From positions 1 through 24,000 of the forward strand of contig CAYSIR010000036.1 of the NCBI GenBank assembly GCA_964431105.1: a stretch of 24,000 nucleotides of DNA, read 5' to 3'. This document shows, piece by piece, positions 1-7,191 of this stretch. This DNA comes from an uncultured Leptolyngbya sp. (GTDB lineage: Bacteria > Cyanobacteriota > Cyanobacteriia > RECH01). Numbering within the stretch: position 1 is the first letter of the stretch; every line of letters begins with the position of its first letter. Below the pieces are notes generated by a model. It was not told the DNA's origin. It ran no database searches and worked only from the letters and a program-made list of their open reading frames with translations. The position numbers and the translations under genes were made by a program.

Positions 1-357
1 ATTCCGGATAGCGTGTCAGGGAAGTATGTCAAGGTCTTAACCATGTGCCATATAGGTAATGGGTATGGAGTTTCATCTGATGCCGAGCCAATTTACAGTA
101 ATTTGATTAATCGTTGGCAAGATAATCAAATATCTCAATTGATTAGGCTGACTCGTGATTCAGAGATTGCCTCGCGTCTTCAATTTACTTCTTGCCAAAA
201 TCGTTACCAGAAACTTTCAAGTAGATTAGTTGACCAAGCTACTCACCCCAATGTGAAACTAGCTTTAGAATTTATTAGAGATTTTCCGACTGAAAAGCTA
301 GACAGAATCGGTAATGACTCTCGTTTTCAAACTATATTGAAAACTGTGAAACGTTGA
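1..357 (+). CDS. Hypothetical protein, probably a C-terminal fragment (frame open to the left window edge)
   Basis: Frame +1 has no stop from nt 1 (att ccg gat agc precede the GTG at 13 used by the ORF track) to TGA at 355-357. I recognise no motif. It lies in the AT-rich, HIP1-free block. Confidence 0.35.
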   Translation: MPDSVSGKYVKVLTMCHIGNGYGVSSDAEPIYSNLINRWQDNQISQLIRLTRDSEIASRLQFTSCQNRYQKLSSRLVDQATHPNVKLALEFIRDFPTEKLDRIGNDSRFQTILKTVKR

Positions 358-401
358 ATGAACGTGTCAACTTTATAAACACACTTTAGCTGGAGTGTAA
401 A

Positions 402-617
402 ATGGTTTCCTTAGAATTAATCTCAACATTGAAGGGGCTGAGCCGCTCAGACAAATTCTATATCATGCAGCTTCTAATTTCAGAACTAGCCCAACAGGAA
501 GCAGATTTGATTAAACCTAACCAGGCTTACCCTATATGGTCGCCTTATGACGCCCATGAAGCAGCAGATACGATGTTAAAGGTACTACAAACCGCCAAAG
601 CTCAAGACCATTCGTAA
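402..617 (+). CDS. Small (71 aa) predicted helical hypothetical protein, upstream partner of the retropepsin-like gene
   Basis: ATG at 402 is preceded by GGAG (392-395) with a 6-nt spacer. The stop TAA at 615-617 abuts or overlaps the downstream protease reading frame. From memory, the pattern (..LISTLKGLSRSDKFYIMQLLISELAQQE..YPIWSPYDAHEAADTMLKVL) resembles small cyanobacterial proteins found next to retropepsin-like genes. This has not been checked by search. Confidence 0.55.
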   Translation: MVSLELISTLKGLSRSDKFYIMQLLISELAQQEADLIKPNQAYPIWSPYDAHEAADTMLKVLQTAKAQDHS

Positions 618-1035
618 TGCTGAGCGGTACCCATTTCTTTCCGATGATCCAACTTTAGGTGAAGCCAGTTTTCGCCCCTACTTATCGTTCACCCTGCTTC
701 ACCAACAAGTTTCTGTCCCAGCATCCGCTCTTCTAGATACTGGTGCGAGTGTCAATGTGCTGCCGTACTCAATAGGGGTTGAGCTTGGATATGATTGGGA
801 TCGGCAAACAACTGCACTGAGTTTGACAGGAAATCTCGCTCAGTATGAGGCGCGTGTTGTGCTTGCTCAAGCGGTCGTTGGTCAATTTGAGCCTGTGCAA
901 CTGGTATTTGCCTGGACACAGGCTACTAATGTACCGCTTATCTTGGATCAGGTGAACTTCTTTATGGAGTTTGATGTTTGCTTCTATCGTTCACAGCTAG
1001 AGTTTGCAGTCAGCCCTAAAGCTCTTTCGGGGTAG
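610..1035 (+). CDS. Retropepsin-like (single-domain, DTG) aspartic protease; start codon unresolved, possible pseudogene
   Basis: Frame +1 is open from 580 to TAG at 1033-1035. The catalytic signature L-L-D-T-G-A-S is encoded at 730-750 (D 736-738, T 739-741, G 742-744). That places it upstream of the GTG at 757 used by the ORF track. There is no ATG, GTG or TTG in frame between 580 and 756; only ATT (610) and CTG (694) occur. The start given here is the ATT and is tentative. Confidence 0.55.
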   Translation: MRNAERYPFLSDDPTLGEASFRPYLSFTLLHQQVSVPASALLDTGASVNVLPYSIGVELGYDWDRQTTALSLTGNLAQYEARVVLAQAVVGQFEPVQLVFAWTQATNVPLILDQVNFFMEFDVCFYRSQLEFAVSPKALSG

Positions 1036-1134
1036 GTTGATGTTCTTGCCAGCCACCTAACACTGCGTGGCAGCGGACGGACGAAAGCTGCTGGTGCTGA
1101 GTTCGAGGTTATCTGCCGCCGCTGCACTTCACCG

Positions 1135-4100
1135 TTACTCCTCATCCTCAATCACTGCGCTGCGATCGAGCAGGATGAGATTCCGCAATTGTGCAGTATC
1201 AAAATCGGTCAGCCAGTTTTCGCCTGTGCCGACGATTTGCTCTGAGAGGGCTTTCTTACTTTCGATAATTTCATGGACACGCTCTTCGAGGGTTCCGGTG
1301 CAAACAAATTTGTGAACTTGGACGTTGCGGGTTTGCCCGATGCGGAAGACGCGATCGGTGGCTTGGTTTTCGACGGCGGGATTCCACCAGCGATCGAAAT
1401 GGAAGACGTGATTGGCGCGAGTTAGGTTCAGTCCAACGCCGCCAGCTTTCAGCGATAGGATAAATAGGCGGGGCGCTTGGGGGTCGTGCTGGAAGCGATC
1501 GACCATTGCCTCTCGTTGCTTTTTGGTGGTGCTGCCGTAGAGGAATAGAACTTCTTGATTGAATTGTTGCTCTAGATAAGTTTTCAGCAGTTTGCCCCAT
1601 TCGGAAAACTGGGTGAAAATCAAGGCGCGATCGCCCTCTGCCATCAGTTCATCTACCATTTCCTGCAGTCGTTGGAGTTTGCCAGATTGCTGAGCTGAAA
1701 GGGCTGTTTTTTTCTTGCTCTTGTTCAGCAAAATTGGATGATTACAAACTTGCTTGAGTTTTGTGAGCAGTCCCAGAATCATGCCGTGGCGCTGGATGCC
1801 TTCGGCAGATTCGATTTCGGCTAGGGTGCTTTCCACAAGATTTTGGTAGATGCTGGCTTGTTCAGGAGCTAGTCCACAAAATACGTTATTTTCCTGTTTA
1901 TCGGGTAAGTCTTGGATGATGGTGCGATCGGTTTTGAGCCGCCGCAGGATGAAGGGTTGAACGAGCGATCGCAAGGTTTTCAGTGAATCTGTGTCGCCGT
2001 AGCGTTCGATGGGCACCACAAACCGCCGGTGGAAAAAGTTGCGCGGCCCCAGATAGCCGGGATTCAAGAAGTCCATAATCGACCAGAGTTCCGAGAGGCG
2101 ATTTTCCACAGGCGTTCCGGTCAGGGCAATGCGAAATTGGGCGTTGAGTTCGCGCACGGCTTGGGATTGTTTAGCTTGGGGATTTTTGATGTTTTGGGCT
2201 TCATCTAGTACCAATCCCTGCCACGCGACGCGCTTCAAGGTTTTCAAGTCTCGATGCACTAGGGCGTAGCTGGTAATCACCAAATCAACGGCATTGGCGG
2301 CATTGGCAAAGGTGACGGACTGCGATCGCTTTTCGCCGTGCTGCACCAAGACCTGCAAACTGGGCGCAAAGCGCTTGACCTCCCGCTCCCAGTTGCCCAG
2401 CACCGAGGTCGGGCAGATCAGCAGCGTTGGGTCATCTATCGCATCTTCTTCTTTCAAATGCAGCAGCAGCGCAATGAGCTGAATGGTTTTTCCTAAGCCC
2501 ATATCGTCCGCAAGGCAAGCCCCCAGTCCCCACTGTTCCAAGAATGCGAGCCAGGATGCGCCACGCTGTTGGTAGGGGCGCAGGCTTCCCTGAAATGTTT
2601 GGGGCGTGGGCAGTGGGTCAATGGTTTGGTTACCGGTGGTGAGTGTGGAAATTAGATTATCTAACGCGCCAGAGGTTTCAAAGTTAACGACAGGTAACTT
2701 ATCGATCATCTGCGTATCGCCGGTTTTGATCCGCAGCACGTCTTCGAGGGAGAGCGATCGCTGGTCTTTGCGGCTTTCAAAAAAGGTTTGGGCTGATTTA
2801 ATATCCGACGATCGCAACTCTACCCATTCACCATTAATTTCAACAAGCGGCGTACCGAGTGCGACTAGGCGATCGAACTCGGCTTTGGAAATTCGCTGTC
2901 CGCCAATGGATAACTCCCACTGAAAATTAAGTAAGCTTTGTAGTCCCAAACGTTTCTTATTTCCCTTGGGCGGATCGGCCTTAATGCTTAGCCCTAGGCG
3001 ATTAGCAAACCCGTTCTGATTAGCTAAACTAGGCGGTAGCACCACCCCAAGCCCATTTTCCTGAAATCGCCAGGTCTGAACTTTGAGAAAATCATAGACT
3101 TGGTTAGGGTTAAGGGGACAACTGCACGGCTGCTGAACATAGAGAGTTGGTTCAATTAACGGATAAAATCGAGACGCTAGCCCCAGCCCAGCTAAAAATG
3201 TTTCTTGGGGATTATGGATAATGCGTCCGTTATACACCAGTCGTTCAACCGGATTTTCCCAAATCGTATCGGCATCGACTAAGAACTCTGGATCAATAAT
3301 AGATTGTAGACAATAATCTAAATGCCAGTTCTTTTCGCCCTCCTCTGGAGTATTCAAGATAAAACAGGTACGAAATGTGGCAGTCTGCTGAGAAAGCTGG
3401 TGCTGAACTGGGGCAACCCAAGCATTCAGCACGGTTTCTAGGTTATCTAGCAACAATGGTTCGATTTGAATCGTGCCAATTGCTGTAGAGCGTTCTGCAT
3501 TGGGCGATCGCTCCTGAGCAACTCCCAGCGCTTGCAGCCATTCCCGCAGCGGCGGGTCTTTAGGAAATTGGTTGGCGGGCAGGGGGCGATTGGCGATCGC
3601 CGCTCTGACTTGATGGTTGGTCGCCGTTTGCAAAAAGCTCAGCAGCAGCATCCGAGCATCGGGATAAGCATCGGGTTGTAGAGCGCCATAGCGCTGGCTG
3701 ATTAAAGGCATCGTGGCGGCAAATTTGGCCAGCCGTTCTTGATCAAGGGCACTGTCGAGCAAGACCTGCCACTCCACCTGGGCCGATTGACTGTCTTGGC
3801 GGCTGAAGTGGGGCAAAAATTTCGATCGCGCTAGCAAGTCAAGATGCCACCGCGCTACGTGCGACCAAAACCGCAGATCGCCGCCCATAAATGCCCCCTG
3901 CGACTGTAGCCCCAAAGGTAGCGATCGCAACACCGACAGCGCCTCCCCCACGGACAAGTACACCCCACCTACCTGCCAAGGGTAATCAGCGCGATCGCCC
4001 GTCTCATCTGCATTGGGATTGACCTCCACCGACAACGGCGGTAGTGGATGCCCATCGGTCATGACGGTGGGCAACGTCACGGGTAGCGATCGCCACCGTT

Positions 4101-4437
4101 CTAGGAATTCGGGTGTAACCGTCTGGACTTCGATGGTGGCAGTCTGGCGCGATCGGCGGCGACTGGTTGAGGACTCCACCAGCAAAGGGCAAATATCCCA
4201 AGTCAGGCCGCGCTGTTGCTGAAGGGTGTGCAGCCATTCAGCCAATTCAACCGGAGCCATCGCAAACGGATGAGTGCGATCGCCCATTTCGGGGATCTCC
4301 TCCATCCGTCGCCAAACTTCGCCCCATAGAAAAAAGCATCCTGCCGCTGCTGGGTGGCTCTGCTCAGCGTCCGCCTGGTTCAATGCCGTCCAGTTGGATA
4401 GCGCAGAGGGCAGCCAACTACCATATAAAATTGCCAT
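1135..4437 (-). CDS. SNF2-family (Swi2/Snf2, RapA/HepA-like) ATP-dependent helicase with a long N-terminal extension
   Basis: 1100-aa ORF. Helicase motifs are in the C-terminal half: LADDMGLGKT (motif I), LVLDEAQNIKN (II, DEAQ), LTGTPVENRLSELWS (III), and SLKAGGVGLNLTRANHVFHFDRWWNPAVENQATDRVFRIGQ (V-VI). The N-terminus MAILYGSWL...FFLWGEVW is typical of cyanobacterial SNF2 proteins as I recall them. Confidence 0.9.
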   Translation of the reverse strand: MAILYGSWLPSALSNWTALNQADAEQSHPAAAGCFFLWGEVWRRMEEIPEMGDRTHPFAMAPVELAEWLHTLQQQRGLTWDICPLLVESSTSRRRSRQTATIEVQTVTPEFLERWRSLPVTLPTVMTDGHPLPPLSVEVNPNADETGDRADYPWQVGGVYLSVGEALSVLRSLPLGLQSQGAFMGGDLRFWSHVARWHLDLLARSKFLPHFSRQDSQSAQVEWQVLLDSALDQERLAKFAATMPLISQRYGALQPDAYPDARMLLLSFLQTATNHQVRAAIANRPLPANQFPKDPPLREWLQALGVAQERSPNAERSTAIGTIQIEPLLLDNLETVLNAWVAPVQHQLSQQTATFRTCFILNTPEEGEKNWHLDYCLQSIIDPEFLVDADTIWENPVERLVYNGRIIHNPQETFLAGLGLASRFYPLIEPTLYVQQPCSCPLNPNQVYDFLKVQTWRFQENGLGVVLPPSLANQNGFANRLGLSIKADPPKGNKKRLGLQSLLNFQWELSIGGQRISKAEFDRLVALGTPLVEINGEWVELRSSDIKSAQTFFESRKDQRSLSLEDVLRIKTGDTQMIDKLPVVNFETSGALDNLISTLTTGNQTIDPLPTPQTFQGSLRPYQQRGASWLAFLEQWGLGACLADDMGLGKTIQLIALLLHLKEEDAIDDPTLLICPTSVLGNWEREVKRFAPSLQVLVQHGEKRSQSVTFANAANAVDLVITSYALVHRDLKTLKRVAWQGLVLDEAQNIKNPQAKQSQAVRELNAQFRIALTGTPVENRLSELWSIMDFLNPGYLGPRNFFHRRFVVPIERYGDTDSLKTLRSLVQPFILRRLKTDRTIIQDLPDKQENNVFCGLAPEQASIYQNLVESTLAEIESAEGIQRHGMILGLLTKLKQVCNHPILLNKSKKKTALSAQQSGKLQRLQEMVDELMAEGDRALIFTQFSEWGKLLKTYLEQQFNQEVLFLYGSTTKKQREAMVDRFQHDPQAPRLFILSLKAGGVGLNLTRANHVFHFDRWWNPAVENQATDRVFRIGQTRNVQVHKFVCTGTLEERVHEIIESKKALSEQIVGTGENWLTDFDTAQLRNLILLDRSAVIEDEE

Positions 4438-4671
4438 TCAAATCCTACGCCTCGGTTTTCCGTCGCGCTGGGCACTGCATTCCACCACCAAATATCGCAG
4501 CGGGTGGCTGTTGCCTCGCGCCCCTGCGGATTCCGATGGTGCGTTGCCACCGATACACTTGAATCATATTTTACAACTCGCGCCTCGGTTCTGATTGCCC
4601 AGCCACCGCAGTCGGTCTCATTGTGCCCAGCGGCCACATTCTGAACTCAGGAATGGGACGATCGCACCAGA

Positions 4672-6060
4672 CTAAAGCCCCAAATCGTCTACATCAGAAA
4701 CGTCGTCTATCGCATCCAGGATCGATTCAGTCCGCGCTCTGCTATTTTCCAGTTCGTCTGAAACCGGACGACGAATCGATCGCAGCGTTGGCCGCATCGA
4801 TTCGAGCTGGCGCTGGAAATAGGCTTCCCGAAATCCAAGCTGTTGGGCTAGGCGATACCCTTGTTCAAAGGCGGCGATCGCTTCTGAGAACCGACGGCGA
4901 TCGCGCTCAATTTTGCCAATTCTGTCGTAGGCATCCATCACGCCATAGGTGCTGTATGACTGGCGTTCCACGTCTATCAGCAATCGGTAAGAAAAAATAG
5001 CATCATCATAGCGTTCTAGATGCACATACATAGATGCAAGCTGGCGCAGAGCATCCCCTGCATAGCCAAACTGCTGGGTTGTTTGGGCAGCCGTGAGGGA
5101 TGTTTGATAATTCACGGCAGCCAGTCCGTACCGTGCCAACCGCCGATAGCTATCGGCGATCGCCAGCTTTAGGCGGGCAACTTCCATCACTTGAAGGGGT
5201 CGAGTTGCAGTTGGGTTGGCATTGTCCAGCGCGGCTTCCGTGTAAAGCGTAATCAAATTCTCACGGCTGCTGATGGCGAGGTCATGCTGTTCTGCTGCAT
5301 CATACACGCCAGCCAACCGCTCTAAAATCTCAATTTGCTGGAGCCGATCGCCCGCATTCTCCGCCAGCGCTAGCAGTTCTTGATAGGTCGCTGCGGCACG
5401 GTCATACTCAAACCAACTGACATACACTCGCCCCAGGGTAGCCAGCGTTGTCCTCTCCAGTGCGGTATCTTGCCGTTGCCGACTGAGGTCCAAAATTCGA
5501 CCATAGGCGGCGATCGCGGCCTCTTTTTTGCGCACGGCTTCATAGGTTTGGGCGATCGCCGTCATCAAATCTAGATCCAGCATCATGGTTGAATCAGCCA
5601 ATATCGACTGCTCTACCACCTCCAGGCGATCGCCCACCGCCCGCACCACATCCGCGCGATCATCCGCCGCTGCGGTTTGCCCGACAAAATTGAGCGCTTC
5701 AATTTCATTGCGCCGATCCAAAAATTGCCGATAGCGCAGTTCTCGTACCCATACCTCATAGGCTGCGTTGGCATTTCCAGCCGCATAGAGGGCCGCCCCC
5801 GCAGCTCGCTGGGCATCCAGTTGGGCATCCAGTTGGGCGGCTTCATCGGCCGTCAGCGGGCGATCGCCATCCGCAACCTCAGCCGAAACAAACGGCTGCT
5901 CGCCGGCTTCGACTTCGGCGTCTAGATCATCGTCTGTAATTGGAGCCAGAAGGGGCACGGGTTGACCAATCGCCACCGTTGCCATCGCCGCTGCCATCGC
6001 CGCTGCCATCGTAACGGCGATCGCGATCGCCCTAGCTCGAACCCCAAAAAACAATTGCAT
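4672..6060 (-). CDS. Secreted or periplasmic TPR-like repeat protein
   Basis: The ORF runs 4672-6099. I prefer the internal ATG at 6060 (MQLFFGVRARAIAIAVTMAAAMAAAMATVAIGQP), which reads as a signal peptide. The body shows repeated A/Y/L-rich helical-pair patterns typical of TPRs (..AIAQTYEAVRKKEAAIAAYGRIL.., ..RAAATYQELLALAE.., ..AIADSYRRLARYGLAAVNYQTSL..). No specific family was recognised. Confidence 0.7.
   Translation of the reverse strand: MQLFFGVRARAIAIAVTMAAAMAAAMATVAIGQPVPLLAPITDDDLDAEVEAGEQPFVSAEVADGDRPLTADEAAQLDAQLDAQRAAGAALYAAGNANAAYEVWVRELRYRQFLDRRNEIEALNFVGQTAAADDRADVVRAVGDRLEVVEQSILADSTMMLDLDLMTAIAQTYEAVRKKEAAIAAYGRILDLSRQRQDTALERTTLATLGRVYVSWFEYDRAAATYQELLALAENAGDRLQQIEILERLAGVYDAAEQHDLAISSRENLITLYTEAALDNANPTATRPLQVMEVARLKLAIADSYRRLARYGLAAVNYQTSLTAAQTTQQFGYAGDALRQLASMYVHLERYDDAIFSYRLLIDVERQSYSTYGVMDAYDRIGKIERDRRRFSEAIAAFEQGYRLAQQLGFREAYFQRQLESMRPTLRSIRRPVSDELENSRARTESILDAIDDVSDVDDLGL
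5811..5838. repeat. 12-bp in-frame tandem duplication (gggcatccagtt x2.3) inside the TPR gene
   Basis: Read directly. Unit copies are at 5811-5822 and 5823-5834, plus a partial copy. On the minus strand they encode LDAQLDAQ. Confidence 0.85.
5981..6011. repeat. 12-bp in-frame tandem duplication (gccatcgccgct x2.6) in the signal-peptide region of the TPR gene
   Basis: Read directly. Unit copies are at 5981-5992 and 5993-6004, with a partial copy at 6005-6011. They encode MAAAMAAAMA. Confidence 0.85.
6017..6030. repeat. Overlapping HIP1 doublet GCGATCGCGATCGC (one example of about 64 HIP1 copies in the window)
   Basis: Read directly. HIP1 (GCGATCGC) is scattered through coding and non-coding sequence from about nt 1627 to the right edge. 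Confidence 0.9.
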
Positions 6061-6388
6061 AGCGAAAATCCGTATAGCGAACAGAGATAAAATGCGCATA
6101 CCGAATCAGCCGGCCCATCGTCCATCACAGAAACTAAAAGAAATTTGCCACCCGACAGCCCCCACAACACTGGCCTGTCCGCTGCATCCACTGGCTTGCG
6201 TGCGCCCACCCGCACTATAGACGCGATCGCATCGGACAGGTTGCACGGTGTTTCGCTATCCTGCCACAGGAACGAACACAACAGCGATCCAAAGCGACAG
6301 CCCAACCCGCGATCGCCCATCCTTGAATGACGAGTCTAAATATGAGATTCTTGAATCATCTCAGCACTTCTGCGATTGCCTAACATCG

Positions 6389-6410
6389 TCTAAATGACCT
6401 CTAAATGACC
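6389..6410. repeat. 11-bp perfect tandem repeat tctaaatgacc x2 in the long purD-upstream spacer
   Basis: Read directly at 6389-6399 and 6400-6410. A related tctaaat core occurs at 6335-6341. Confidence 0.8.
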
Positions 6411-6478
6411 TCACACCAATTCAGCCATTGACGTTACGATGAGGGATGCTGTTCTGCATTTCAAAATGTGCAGGAACC

Positions 6479-6493
6479 CTTGAATGATTCAAG
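6479..6493. promoter_or_regulatory. 15-bp palindrome CTTGAAT-G-ATTCAAG (candidate protein-binding site)
   Basis: Perfect 7-bp arms sit around a single central base. The same CTTGAAT(G/C)A core recurs at 6322-6330 and 6350-6358. Confidence 0.3.
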
Positions 6494-6905
6494 CACCGCT
6501 TCCTCCTTTCAGCTCTGCTCCTCCCCCATCCGAAGAAATGGCGAGCCGTCGCAACTTAACCATATTTCACTGTGGCTAGTTCAGCGCTGGTTAGCACCAT
6601 CCATTGAACCACGCAACTTGCTAATGATCACCTAGGTCAATCGCACCCGGATCTCGCACACAGGTCAATGGCACACAGGCGCTTTTGTGCCGCTACCAGG
6701 CAACCTCAAAACATCATGCGGATAGCGCACTCACGGGCAAAGCCTGCCCCAAAATGCGCTGTTGATAGCATCTGTCTAAACTCCGGCGGCTAAGCAGCCG
6801 TTTTGGGATATAAAAGACAGTGGTTCTCTATCTAAATTGTCTATCTGATGCGGCAACCGGCTACTGCCATCACCGATCTAGTGGCGATCGCTCCCCACTC
6901 AGCCC

Positions 6906-6925
6906 TATCTAGATGACTCTAGATA
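6906..6925. promoter_or_regulatory. 8-4-8 perfect inverted repeat TATCTAGA-tgac-TCTAGATA (candidate operator)
   Basis: Read directly. The arms are exact reverse complements. The site lies about 270 nt upstream of purD in the divergent spacer. The related half-site CTATCT recurs at 6828-6833 and 6841-6846. Confidence 0.3.
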
Positions 6926-7191
6926 ACCGCTCGCCCAGTCATTTGGCTGCCCGTCGTCCATGCTGAAATGCGGCGACCGTTGCGCACCCTGGTCATCAAC
7001 CTTGATTTTCGGCTGATATTGTCTGAGGATTGCCCTCAGCCATGGATAATTGATGGTGCGGAGCAGGCTGGAAGATGTATTGTTTATCACTGTCAGTAAG
7101 GTCTGGATTAGATGGGTCGCTCTTCTCACACTGCATCAATTCTAAAAGCTAGGACACTAGCTACCTATTGGCTCAGAGAGGTTAACCCAGC

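Noticed and set aside
617-660. Possible programmed -1 frameshift linking the TAATG-coupled ATG (617) frame to the retropepsin frame.
   Set aside because: No canonical X-XXY-YYZ slippery heptamer is present; C-CAT-TTC-TTT-CCG does not fit. No obvious downstream stimulatory structure is visible either. The idea is kept only as a minor alternative in the start-codon finding.
1067-4637. Numerous 60-130-aa ORFs overlapping the SNF2 gene on either strand (for example 1271-1600, 2606-2923, 4004-4237, 4167-4562, 4380-4637).
   Set aside because: All are nested in or antisense to a high-confidence 1100-aa gene or its immediate upstream region. They have Arg/Ser/Pro-rich composition typical of off-frame GC-rich translation. 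The same reasoning applies to the nested ORFs inside purD, nblS, recN, the ABC1 kinase gene and valS.
6409-6416. CCTCACAC resembles the conserved single-stranded ACUCCUCACAC motif of the cyanobacterial sRNA Yfr1.
   Set aside because: Only 8 of 11 nt match. There is no flanking 5' stem-loop and no downstream terminator hairpin with a U-tract; the nearest hairpin (ctgca...tgcag, about 6455-6474) lacks a T-run.
6905-7129. 74-aa minus-strand ORF in the purD-upstream spacer.
   Set aside because: It has a GTG start without a Shine-Dalgarno sequence, an unremarkable composition and no recognisable motif. A perfect palindrome lies inside it. It is more likely non-coding, though it cannot be fully excluded.
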